Positions 1 through 9,262 of a stretch of DNA of 64,000 nt are shown here, in pieces. The stretch spans positions 512,001 to 576,000 of the forward strand of contig CAWJTV010000020.1 in NCBI GenBank assembly GCA_963845755.1, read 5' to 3'. Position 1 is the first letter of the stretch; every line of letters starts with the position of its first letter. Made by a program: the position numbers and the translations under genes. The DNA comes from an uncultured Planctomycetota bacterium (GTDB lineage Bacteria > Planctomycetota > Planctomycetia > Isosphaerales > Isosphaeraceae). The notes under the pieces were generated by a model, which made no database searches, was not told the DNA's origin, and saw nothing but the letters and a program-made list of their open reading frames with translations.

Positions 1-1350
1 CCGCTGGCGAAGTGGCTCCCTTACTCCGTGACCCGCACTTGGCATACGCAGATCGCCATCTTCTGGATTGCCTCGGCCTGGCTGGCGACCGGGCTGTTCA
101 TGGCCCCGGCCGTCTCGGGCCACGAGCCGAGGTTCCAGCGGCTGGGAGTGAATTTCCTGTTCGTCTGCCTGCTGATCATCGTGGTGGGGTCGATGGCCGG
201 ACAGTGGCTTGCCGTCCAGCAGCGGCTGGGGAACGTGGCGAACTTCTGGTTCGGCCACCAGGGGTACGAGTACGTCGACCTCGGCCGGTTCTGGCAGTTG
301 TTCTTGGCCATCGGCCTGTTCCTCTGGCTGGCGATGATGGCCCGGGCGATGTGGCCGGCATTTCGCCAACCCGACACGAACCGCCATCTTCTCGGCTTGT
401 TCCTGCTCGCCTCAGCGGCAATCCCGTTGTTCTACATCCCAGGGCTGATGTGGCACCGGCACACCAACCTGGCGATCGCGGAGTACTGGCGATGGTGGGT
501 GGTCCACCTGTGGGTCGAGGGCTTCTTCGAGGTCTTCGCCACCGTCGTGATCGCCTTCCTGTTCACGCGCATGGGATTGCTGAAGACCGCCACGGCTGCG
601 GCGACGGTCCTGTTTTCGACGGCGATCTTCCTTGCCGGTGGGATCATCGGTACATTCCACCACCTCTACTTCGCTGGCACGCCGACAGTCGTGATGGCCC
701 TGGGCGCTACCTTCAGCGCGCTGGAGGTGGTTCCGCTCGTGCTGATCGGATTCGAAGCCTATGAGAACCTGACCATGAGCCGAGCGAGGCCGTGGGTCGC
801 GGCGTACAAATGGCCGATCTATTTCTTCGTTGCCGTGGCCTTCTGGAACCTGGTCGGTGCCGGATTGTTCGGGTTCCTGATCAACCCTCCGATCGCCCTG
901 TATTACATGCAAGGCCTGAATACGACCGCCGTGCACGGACACACCGCACTCTTCGGCGTCTACGGCATGCTGGGAATCGGCCTGATGCTCTTCTGCCTCA
1001 AGGGACTGACGGTGCATCAGAACTGGCGGACCGGCAGCTTGGCGGTGGCCTTCTGGGCGATCAATCTCGGGCTCGCATTGATGGTACTCCTGAGCCTCTT
1101 GCCGGTCGGGCTGATGCAGACCTGGGCGAGTGTCGAGCACGGCACCTGGTACGCCCGATCGGCGGAGTTCATGCAGACGCCCACCATGGACACCCTGCGA
1201 TGGCTGCGGATCGTCGGCGATACGATCTTCGCCGTGGGCATCATGGCGCTGGGGTGGTTCGTGCTGGGGCTGAAGACCGGCTGGTCGATCGCCCGATCGC
1301 CGGACGCCGTCGCGCGCGAGTTCCCGCAAGAAGCTCTGGCGGTCCGTTAA
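1..1350 (+). CDS. norB: Quinol-dependent nitric oxide reductase (qNor), C-terminal part; start lies upstream of the window
   Basis: Frame is open from base 1 (PLAKWLPYSVTRTWHTQ..). Contains heme-copper oxidase superfamily NOR motifs WWVVHLWVEGFFEVF, GTFHHLY, SALEVVPL and HGHTALFGVYG; stop TAA at 1348-1350. Confidence 0.95.
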   Translation, partial: PLAKWLPYSVTRTWHTQIAIFWIASAWLATGLFMAPAVSGHEPRFQRLGVNFLFVCLLIIVVGSMAGQWLAVQQRLGNVANFWFGHQGYEYVDLGRFWQLFLAIGLFLWLAMMARAMWPAFRQPDTNRHLLGLFLLASAAIPLFYIPGLMWHRHTNLAIAEYWRWWVVHLWVEGFFEVFATVVIAFLFTRMGLLKTATAAATVLFSTAIFLAGGIIGTFHHLYFAGTPTVVMALGATFSALEVVPLVLIGFEAYENLTMSRARPWVAAYKWPIYFFVAVAFWNLVGAGLFGFLINPPIALYYMQGLNTTAVHGHTALFGVYGMLGIGLMLFCLKGLTVHQNWRTGSLAVAFWAINLGLALMVLLSLLPVGLMQTWASVEHGTWYARSAEFMQTPTMDTLRWLRIVGDTIFAVGIMALGWFVLGLKTGWSIARSPDAVAREFPQEALAVR

Positions 1351-1476
1351 GGACGCGGCTCCGTCCGCCGATCCTGACTCCTCCTGTTGAGCGGACCGAT
1401 CTGGTAGAATCGACGCTCACGGGGGCCGTTCGACTTCTCCGATACAGGGTCGGGTCGTTCAGGGGGGAGCCAGGGC

Positions 1477-2010
1477 ATGACGATGCCAGACATGCCGGCC
1501 TGGGGGGATGATGCGCGTTGCTTTTATTCCGAGATCGGAGCGGAGTCGGCCGACCCCGTCAGCGTCTTCGATACCTGCGGCCGCGACGACGTTAGCAACG
1601 AGTCGCCCGGTGAGCTCTACCTGCGCCTCGAGCCTCGATCTCGCCGTTCACCGCGCATGCGGGTGCTCGATGCCGCCGGGCGCGAGGAGGGCATCATTCG
1701 CCCCGAGGGCCTGATGCCAGGCGTGTCTTACGCGATGAGCCGCGACGGCGAGCGGGTGTGGACGCTCTCGGTCCGATCGATCGTCCGCAAGCACCATGCC
1801 CTGGAGTGGGCCAATGCCGACTCCTGGACGTTCGACACGCCGTTCTACTGGTGGCAGCACCTGTCCGGCACCTCTCAGGGAGCCCTGCGGTTATTCGGCG
1901 GCGTCGGCCCGATGGCCCAGCTCTGGCTCATCTGGATCGAGCCCGGTTGGGACACGTTCGACATGCTGGCGGCGGTCGCGTTCCTGCACAGACAATGGTG
2001 GCACTGGTGA
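1477..2010 (+). CDS. Hypothetical protein (177 aa, Trp-rich, predicted beta-rich)
   Basis: ORF with GGGGGGAG RBS-like sequence upstream; fits between neighbouring genes on the same strand. Confidence 0.6.
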   Translation: MTMPDMPAWGDDARCFYSEIGAESADPVSVFDTCGRDDVSNESPGELYLRLEPRSRRSPRMRVLDAAGREEGIIRPEGLMPGVSYAMSRDGERVWTLSVRSIVRKHHALEWANADSWTFDTPFYWWQHLSGTSQGALRLFGGVGPMAQLWLIWIEPGWDTFDMLAAVAFLHRQWWHW

Positions 2011-2072
2011 GATGAAGGCGTGGCCGGTGTGACCGACGATGATGGTCCTTCGACCGTGAGGGAGTCGAGTGC

Positions 2073-3674
2073 ATGCGAATCCGGCGGAATGTCCTCCTGC
2101 TGATGCTTGTCATGGTCCTGGTTCCCACCGTCGTCGCCTACGGACAATGGGCGATGTTCGGCTTACCGCCGGTGCAGGACGGCCCGACGGCGGATTCCGG
2201 CACCGCCCCTTCCGGTTTTCCCGTCTGGCTCCGCGTCACGCACTACGTCAACTTCTTGCTCCTCGTGCTGCTCATCCGGAGCGGCTTACAAATCTTTATG
2301 GACCACCCGAGGCTCTACTGGAACGTCCACTGTACGCCGAATACCGAGTGGCTCCGCGTGACGCCGATCGACGTGCCCCTGGACCGCGTCTGGACGGCCA
2401 AGGACGACGCCCGCCACCTCTCCCCCTGGATCGGACTGCCCGGCTACCGGCATACGGTCGGGATGGCCCGCCACTGGCACTTCCTGAGCGTCCTGTTCTG
2501 GGTGGGAAACGGCTTGATCTTCGTCGTCCTGCTCTTCGGTACCGGCCAATGGCGGCGCCTGGTGCCGAGCTCCTGGTCGATCGTCCCCGAGGCATGGTCG
2601 GTCTTCGTTCACTATGCGACGTTTCATCTTCCGCCAGAACCGAACGGCTTCTACCGCTACAATGCTCTCCAGCAACTCGCGTATTTCGCCGCCGTGTTCA
2701 TCCTGGCCCCACTGGCGATCGCGACCGGGCCGTCGATGTCGCCGGCCCTGACGAATCGCTTCAAGCGGTATCCGAACCTGCCCGGTAACCGCCAGATTGG
2801 CCGGTCGTTCCACTTCCTCGTTATGTGCGGCTTCGTCTTTTTTCTGATCGGTCATGTCTCGATGGTGGTGCTCACGGGGCTTGTCCGGAACATGAACCAC
2901 ATCGTCGTCGGCACCGATGACACCCGGCCGATGGGACTGTATCTCGGCCTGCTGGGCCTCGGCGTTGTCGTGACGGCGTGCGCCCTGGCCAACTGGGCCG
3001 CCTGGCGCCACCCCCGAACGATTCAGCATGCCGCCGGACTGGTCGTCACGCCGGCCATGGACGTCCTGCTCAACCGCCCCGGCCCGGTCGCGGAGTTCCG
3101 CCAGGAGGATATCTCACCGTTCTTCTGGCCCAACGGAAAAGTGCCCACCAGCGACGAGTGGAAGGAGCTGGCCGCCCACGCCTTCCGGGATTATCGGCTC
3201 AAGGTCTCCGGCCTGGTAGAGAACCCGGTCGAGCTCTCGCTGGACGAGATCCGGGCGCTGGGGAAGAATACCCAGATTACGCTACACCACTGCATACAAG
3301 GCTGGTCGGGCATCGCCGAGTGGGGCGGGCTTCCCATGGCGAAGGTGATTGACCTGGTCCGGCCCAAGCCCGAAGCACGGATGGCCGTCTTCTACTCGTT
3401 CGGTGAAGGTATCGAGGGCGGCCCGTATTACGACAGCCACTCGCTCGCGAACCTCATGCACCCCCAGACGCTCCTGGCCTACGAGATGAATGGCGAGCCC
3501 CTCGGTGAACAGCACGGGCCGCCCTTGCGGCTGCGCGTCGAGAACCAGCTCGGCTTCAAGATGGTCAAGTGGATCCGGGCGATCGAGTTCGTCGCGAGCC
3601 ACAAATCGTTCGGTAAAGGAGAAGGCGGATATAACGAGGACCACGAATACTTCGGCGAACAGGCCAACATCTGA
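2073..3674 (+). CDS. Fused cytochrome b (Ni/Fe-hydrogenase b-type) and sulfite-oxidase-family molybdopterin domain (MsrPQ/YedYZ-like)
   Basis: N-half has TM helices with heme His residues (RVTHYVN, RHWHF, RSFHF, IGHV). C-half has HHCIQGWS, LAYEMNGEPL and HGPPLRLRVENQLGFKMVKWI. Confidence 0.88.
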   Translation: MRIRRNVLLLMLVMVLVPTVVAYGQWAMFGLPPVQDGPTADSGTAPSGFPVWLRVTHYVNFLLLVLLIRSGLQIFMDHPRLYWNVHCTPNTEWLRVTPIDVPLDRVWTAKDDARHLSPWIGLPGYRHTVGMARHWHFLSVLFWVGNGLIFVVLLFGTGQWRRLVPSSWSIVPEAWSVFVHYATFHLPPEPNGFYRYNALQQLAYFAAVFILAPLAIATGPSMSPALTNRFKRYPNLPGNRQIGRSFHFLVMCGFVFFLIGHVSMVVLTGLVRNMNHIVVGTDDTRPMGLYLGLLGLGVVVTACALANWAAWRHPRTIQHAAGLVVTPAMDVLLNRPGPVAEFRQEDISPFFWPNGKVPTSDEWKELAAHAFRDYRLKVSGLVENPVELSLDEIRALGKNTQITLHHCIQGWSGIAEWGGLPMAKVIDLVRPKPEARMAVFYSFGEGIEGGPYYDSHSLANLMHPQTLLAYEMNGEPLGEQHGPPLRLRVENQLGFKMVKWIRAIEFVASHKSFGKGEGGYNEDHEYFGEQANI

Positions 3675-3764
3675 CCCGGGGACGAAGGGGCCACAGCCCT
3701 GTTCCCATGGTGACAGGGTCTGTCCTCACCAGCCGGGATGGCCATTGAGCGCGGGGGAGCCGAG

Positions 3765-4121
3765 ATGGCGAAGATTCGCTTGAAGCGAGCCTATGACGCG
3801 CCCAGCCGGGATGACGGCCTCCGAATCCTGGTGGAAAGGCTCTGGCCGCGCGGGTTGAGCAAGGAGCGCGCCGCCGTGGATCTCTGGATGAAGGACCTGG
3901 CCCCGAGCCCAGAGCTGCGCCGCTGGTTCAACCACGACCCGGCCAGGTGGGAAGACTTCCAGAAGCGCTACCGCGCCGAACTCCGGCAAAAGAAGGACGT
4001 GGTCGAGGAGCTCCGTCAGAAGTGCCGGAGCGGGACCGTCACCTTCGTCTACGCCGCGCGCGATGAAGAGCACAACAGTGCTCGCCTGCTAATAGACTAT
4101 CTCGAGCACGACGACAGTTGA
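3765..4121 (+). CDS. DUF488 / YeaO family protein
   Basis: KRAYD..DGLRILVERLWPRGLSKE..W.KDLAPSPELRRWFNHDP..F..RY..EL..YAARDEEHNSA. Confidence 0.92.
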   Translation: MAKIRLKRAYDAPSRDDGLRILVERLWPRGLSKERAAVDLWMKDLAPSPELRRWFNHDPARWEDFQKRYRAELRQKKDVVEELRQKCRSGTVTFVYAARDEEHNSARLLIDYLEHDDS

Positions 4122-4285
4122 CCAAGTGGCACGGGATCCCGACGAAGATTCCTCGTTCTCTCCGGTATTCATGCAGATGATCGAGGAAGCGAGTGAACGG
4201 TATGGCGAGGTCAAGGGGGCCCAGAAGCTGACTCCGTTTGTCATTGGATTCTGGATATCGTCAAACGAAATGACGATGTTGCGAC

Positions 4286-4368
4286 CCGACAAGGCATCGC
4301 TAAGTTTTTTCCGACAAGGCATCGCTAAGTTTTTGTCGCCCCGAACCGACAGTCCATCGCTCAGTTCT
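4286..4368 (+). repeat. Three subterminal direct repeats CCGACAAGGCATCGCTAAGTT at the IS left end (4286, 4311, degenerate 4346); two inverted copies at ~5710-5730 and ~5746-5766
   Basis: Read directly from the sequence; probable transposase-binding sites. Confidence 0.85.
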
Positions 4369-4477
4369 GAGACGGGTCGCGATGTCCCCCGAGGCTCTGA
4401 GATGCTGCTTCCGCCCGTCTTTCAGGATAAAACTACCCCCACGGGCAACCGCCAGCGGCTGCCACGCGGAGGTAGCC

Positions 4478-5665
4478 ATGAACGACGAACTTGCCGCTCG
4501 TCATCGCGCCATTACCCTGCGCCTCGCCGGCCGGCCCGTCAAGGCCATTTGTGCCGCCGTCGGCCGCTGCGAGGTCTGGTTCCACAAGTGGTGGAGCCGC
4601 TACCTGCAGGCCGGCCCCGAGGGCCTTTACGACCTGACCCGAGCCAACCACCACGTCACCCGACGCATTCCGCCTGAACTGGAGAGGGCCATCCTCTCCA
4701 TCCGCCGCCGGCTCCAGGCCCATACCTCGCCGGCCACCCGCTATCGTCTGACCGGGGCCGATTCCATCCGTGCCGAATTGAAAGCACTGGGCATCCGTCC
4801 GCCCCCTGTGCGCGGACCATCGAGCGCATCCTGGAGCGCAACGGCCTGACCATGCCCAAGGTCCGGCTGGCCCCACTGCTGCCCCGCCAGGAGTACCCCG
4901 GCCCCCAGGCCCGGGCCTCCAACCAACTCCATCAAGTCGATCTGGTGGGGCCGGTCTACCTCAAAGGGAGCCGCCACCGCTATTACATCTGGGTGGGAAA
5001 GGACGCCTTCGACGGCGCCGTTTGCCTGCGCCTGGCGAATTCCCGCCGCATGGACGAGGTCCTCGGGTTCCTCGGAGAGTGCTGGAAAGATCTGAGCATC
5101 CCCGAACAGGTCCAGTTGGACAACGCCCGCGAATTGTGCGGCTGGGGACCTGCGGCGCGATACTCTGTCGCGCGTGATCCGGTTCTGCCTGCGCCTCGGT
5201 GTCGGGCCGGTCTTCATCCCGGCCGGGGAGCCGCAGTACAACGGCGGGGTGGAGAACTTCAACGGCTGGTTCCAGCCGCGGTTGTTCGATCGTCGCTACA
5301 CCCGGCCGGGGGACCTGCGGCGGGAACTGGCGCGGCTGCAAGAGGCGGTCAACACGCAGCATGTCCACCCGCGACTGGGAGGCCAGACGCCGGCCCAGCA
5401 TCGCCGTGGCCTGCGGCTGCGAGAGCTGCCCGCGAGCTTCGTGGTGCCGACGGATCGGCAGCCGATCGCGGCGGGGCGAGTGACGTTCATCCGAAGGGTG
5501 AGCCCGGCCGGGACGGTCTCGGTCCTGAGCCAATCGTTCCGTGTGGGCAAGAGACATCGCGGCCTGTACCTGCGGATGGTGGTGGACACCGGGCGCGGGT
5601 GGCTGACGGCCTATCTGAATGGGCGAGTGCTGAAGCGCTGGCCCTACAAGCTCTTGAACGACTAA
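4478..5665 (+). CDS. IS481-like DDE transposase (HTH + integrase core) with two compensating frameshifts (~4805, ~5165)
   Basis: GGAGG RBS then ATG 4478. HTH ([26 protein letters not shown]) and catalytic D/D/E in HQVDLVG, QLDNARE and NGGVENFN, spread over ORFs 4382, 4852 and 5174. Confidence 0.85.
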
Positions 5666-6147
5666 CCATCACCTGAATTCGCGGTTACTGGCGGTTCCCG
5701 CGAACATTCAGCTCGGTGATGCGTTGTCGGAAGAAAGACCTTCAGGACTAAACGATGCGTTGTCGGTTCGCAACGATGTCAAGGGATTTCAAATCTTGCC
5801 AAAGCGTTGGGTCGTCGAACGGACCTTTTCCTGGTTGTCGAACTGCCGCCGTTTGAGCAAGCACTACGAGTATTGGAACGAGACAGATGAGGCGAGGGTT
5901 CATGTGGCGATGATTCGCTTCATGTTGCGTTGCCTGAGCAAGGGAACGACTGGCCTCGCGGTTGTCTGGATTCCCGCGCCCGTTCCCAGAAGGGCAGAAG
6001 TCGAGCAAAGAGGCCCTACTCAAAGCCGATTAGGGCTACAGAACGTGCCATTCGGTGCCGACTCTGATCTCGTTGGTCACTTCCGAAAAAAAACCGACTT
6101 TTCCCTTGCAAGTTCAAGACGCGCGGTGTTAATGTCTTCGGTAAGTC

Positions 6148-7440
6148 GTGCTCAAAATTCAAGTAGATATGGACGTTGTGGAATCCATCGATGATCCCTA
6201 TCGTCCCCCTACGCCACCCGAAGCGCAAGACCTCTCTTGGGTCGGCTCCAGACCCTGGAGTTCCCGTCCCCCCCCCCCCCGAGATTGCGTGCAATCATTT
6301 ACTCGTGTTCCGGCAGCCTTCTTGCTCATTGTCGCACTAACCCTGGCCACGAGCCCCGGCTGCCGCCGGGCCCATCTTTCCGATCGCCCAGGTGAAGTCT
6401 TCGACGCGGGAGCGCTGTTCGCCTCCTCAACGCCGCTCTTGACCCATGGGTTCCACGTTGTGAACCACAGCAAGAGGCCCGTCCGCATCTTGCGCGAGAA
6501 TCACTCCTGCGACTGCACGACGGTGGACTTGCCGAAGCGTGAGTTGCGACCGGGCGAGTCGGTCACGTTGACGCTGAGCATCAGTATCCCCCCCGCCTGC
6601 GTCAGCAGGGCGGTAAGCACCACGCTCGAGACCGACGACCCAGAACATCCGAACTGGGTTTACCTCATCCGCTTCGAGGGGTTTCCCGATGCACGCATCG
6701 TTCCGTCAATCATCGAGCTCGGCTCGCGCACGGTCGCGGATATGCTCGAGCCGGAGCCTGGTGGGGATTTCGCCGCTGCCGAGGGGTGGATGGAGGTTTT
6801 CACGCCGCCCAAAGGCAAGAATCATCCTCCGCCAAGGGTGATCAATCCCCCGGCAGAATGCATCGTGACGGTGGCGGAAACTCCGGAGGTGAGCATCCTC
6901 GCCAGTGGTGTCCGCGCCGAGCGGTATCGGCTCTCGGTTCGCCTCAGGCAGGGAGTGCCATCGACTGGGACGTTCGTCCGCCCGCTGAATATCACCTTGA
7001 ACGACCTGCATGGCGCGGCGGCCTCGCTGACATGGTCAGTCCGGGCGCCAGTCGTCTGTGTACCGGAGCGGATTCACCTGGGCTCGGTTGCACTGGGGGA
7101 CCCGCCGATTAAACGTAGGGTGAATCTCCAATCGGCCGACGGAAAGCCATTCCGAATCATCACCGTGGGGCATGATGCAATCGTCACGATCCGGCCGACC
7201 GACGGAGGCGGATTTCCATCCCCTGCCTCGAATCGCCACGCTCTCGAGCTGGTTCTCGAGGTGCCACGCGAACCCACGTCAACGTTCCTGGCCGGGTCGG
7301 TGCGCATCCAGCTCGACCGCCGGGATTACTCGGAAGTCTCTCTTCCCTGGTCGGCCATCATCCGAACGAGGCAGGCGAAATCCTCAGCCCGAGCGGATGA
7401 GAAGCCGGTGTTTGTTTCTGAACCAATCCCTTCGCATTGA
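6148..7440 (+). CDS. DUF1573 domain-containing secreted/lipoprotein-like protein with several Ig-like modules (true start probably 6169 or 6289)
   Basis: Hydrophobic segment then SPGC; DUF1573 signature F.VVN....PVRI.....SCDCT......L.PGE...L; later beta-rich modules. Confidence 0.8.
   Translation: MLKIQVDMDVVESIDDPYRPPTPPEAQDLSWVGSRPWSSRPPPPRDCVQSFTRVPAAFLLIVALTLATSPGCRRAHLSDRPGEVFDAGALFASSTPLLTHGFHVVNHSKRPVRILRENHSCDCTTVDLPKRELRPGESVTLTLSISIPPACVSRAVSTTLETDDPEHPNWVYLIRFEGFPDARIVPSIIELGSRTVADMLEPEPGGDFAAAEGWMEVFTPPKGKNHPPPRVINPPAECIVTVAETPEVSILASGVRAERYRLSVRLRQGVPSTGTFVRPLNITLNDLHGAAASLTWSVRAPVVCVPERIHLGSVALGDPPIKRRVNLQSADGKPFRIITVGHDAIVTIRPTDGGGFPSPASNRHALELVLEVPREPTSTFLAGSVRIQLDRRDYSEVSLPWSAIIRTRQAKSSARADEKPVFVSEPIPSH
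6268..6280. repeat. C13 homopolymer at the 5' end of the DUF1573 gene
   Basis: Thirteen consecutive C residues. Confidence 0.85.
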
Positions 7441-7450
7441 GGAGGTTGCG

Positions 7451-7801
7451 ATGAAGACCTTGTTGACGATTGTGCTGGTGTGTGGTGGGATGCTTTTAAT
7501 GGCCTGTGCCGGCGTGGGTTGGGCCATTCAAGAAAACTATGTCTGCTACAATCAGGTCCAGCTTTGCGGCAACTACGCTGGTTACTGTTACCCTGCTTCA
7601 GGTACGTGTGCGAACAACCAGACAAGGATACACTCCGTCATGGCATCGTCGTTGATTCTCGGAGCGTGTATCGCAACTCCTTCTCTCGCCTGCTATGACA
7701 TTACCCTGTATTGCAGCTACTACTATTATCCATCGTCGAATTGTTCGGACGATAATTGGTGCAGCTACGAGAGTGTCCAACACTATGGATGCTGGCAATG
7801 A
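7451..7801 (+). CDS. Small secreted Cys/Tyr-rich protein (116 aa; 10 Cys in the mature part)
   Basis: GGAGG RBS at 7441 and ATG 7451. Signal peptide MKTLLTIVLVCGGMLLMACAGVGWA; lower GC than its neighbours. Confidence 0.8.
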   Translation: MKTLLTIVLVCGGMLLMACAGVGWAIQENYVCYNQVQLCGNYAGYCYPASGTCANNQTRIHSVMASSLILGACIATPSLACYDITLYCSYYYYPSSNCSDDNWCSYESVQHYGCWQ

Positions 7802-8043
7802 GCCGGCGCAGCGAGAGCAAAGACTGGTAGCGTTATTCTACGTCGAAAAAATGCACTGGATGCTCTCCCCAATCCACTGAGCCAATCCCGCTCGGGCGAG
7901 GGAGTCAACGGGTGACCCGCTGGAATTGGGGGCGGTTTTTCTCCATCGTTCTCCGCTCCATTACGCCATGAGAAGCTGACAACCCAGGCGACACCACGGG
8001 TAGTCGTCATCGGGAAACCATCAGCGACTTCGGGACCCCACCT

Positions 8044-9262
8044 ATGGCATACTTGCAGTCTCTCGCAGTCCTGACGACCACGCTCCTCTCAAGCCCGGGC
8101 GAATTGCCCAAGGCCGTTGCCGTCGTCCGCAACGCTTACGAGGAGAACCTCACAGCCCTCTCGGCATTTGGCACGATCCATTTTCATGCAACTGACGGAG
8201 AACTCGGGCAGGCATCCAGCGTCGAGGAGATCCCAGGGCTGATCAAGAGCGACTGGAAGCGCCGATCCCCATCTCAAGGATTGTTCGTTTTCGACGGTCA
8301 GAAACGCCGCTACGAGAACCTGTACCCTACCGAAGAATTGGTCGCTCGGCGAGTGAAACGCTCGAATACTAGCTGGAGTTCGCCGATTAGTGCGATCCGA
8401 CTGCTCTTAGATGGCGAGACCACGCTCGTGGACAATGTCAACGTAGCTAGGGACGATAAGACCGTCGTACACACTCCTGGCTGCTACAAGGGCATCCGGT
8501 GGTTCATCGCTAGACAACACATTCCTCTCCGTCTGACCGACCCGGAACCGTCCCGCACGACTTTGGCTGGGTGCCTTCGCGATTTCGTAGATGGTGGCAA
8601 AGGGGTGACGCTGGCGAGCGTCGATGAGTCGGCCCGTCTCGACGACATCGGCGTCGTCAAGCTGAGCTTTGAGCTGCCAAATCCGCGCCACGCAAGTCAC
8701 GTTTTGGGTCGATCTCGAGCATGGAGCGATCCCGCTTCAAACGCGGACGGTAGAAGAAGTCCGGGATGAGGATACAATCAACGTACAGCAGGAGAACCTG
8801 ACCGACCTCCGGCGTGTCGTCAAGGGATGGTTGCCCTTCCGCATGACTCACATCTCGGGCCAGACTTCCAAGACGGCGGCGTCAGGCGATCCGCTTTCCG
8901 GCGGAGCATTCTCGAGCTTCCTCGTCCGCGAGACGATCGTCGATGAGGCCAACTTCGAGATGCGGCCGGATCCGGCCATGTTCGCCCTGGAATTCCCCGA
9001 GGAGGTCAGCGTCCTCGATTCAGATCGGCTTCTGTCTTACGGGCGCCGTCGCGTCTGGACTCTGCGTGACATCTCCCCCACCGCGCAGGCGAAGGCGCAG
9101 CGGATCAACATCAGATCACCGTTCCCTGACCAGCCCCCCGCCATGCCGAGTGCCCTTGACCGGCGGAGTTGGTGGCCGACCCTGCTGGCGATTCTCGGGT
9201 CGGCGTGCCTGCTGGCCGCAGGTGCTCTTCTGCTCCACAAAAGGCGCCGTCATGCGACATGA
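8044..9262 (+). CDS. Hypothetical exported protein with C-terminal TM anchor and basic tail; one frameshift ~8680
   Basis: ORFs 8044 and 8669 join (SFELP / IRATQVTFWVDLEHGAIP). It ends WWPTLLAILGSACLLAAGALLLHKRRRHAT and overlaps the start of the DUF1559 gene. Confidence 0.7.

Larger units (their letters stand above)
4280..5772 (+). mobile_element. Complete insertion sequence, IS481-like, 1493 bp, with 7-bp target duplication ACGATGT (4273-4279 and 5773-5779)
   Basis: Left end TGCGACCCGACAAGGCATCGCTAAGT versus reverse complement of right end TGCGAACCGACAACGCATCGTTTAGT. Identical 7-mers flank both ends; there are subterminal repeats and one DDE transposase. Confidence 0.88.
4238..5945 (+). pseudogene. 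IS5-family transposase C-terminal remnant, split by the IS481-like insertion (pieces ~4238-4279 and 5780-5945)
   Basis: Removing 4280-5772 and one TSD copy gives the continuous reading [52 protein letters not shown], the typical IS5-family C-terminus. Confidence 0.85.

Noticed and set aside
4126..4677. 183-aa ORF after DUF488
   Set aside because: It reads through the IS5 remnant and the IS left end, so it is a chimeric and probably spurious frame.
4800..5170. Programmed frameshifting in the transposase
   Set aside because: The two shifts compensate each other, there is no slippery A-run motif, and similar indels occur throughout the window.
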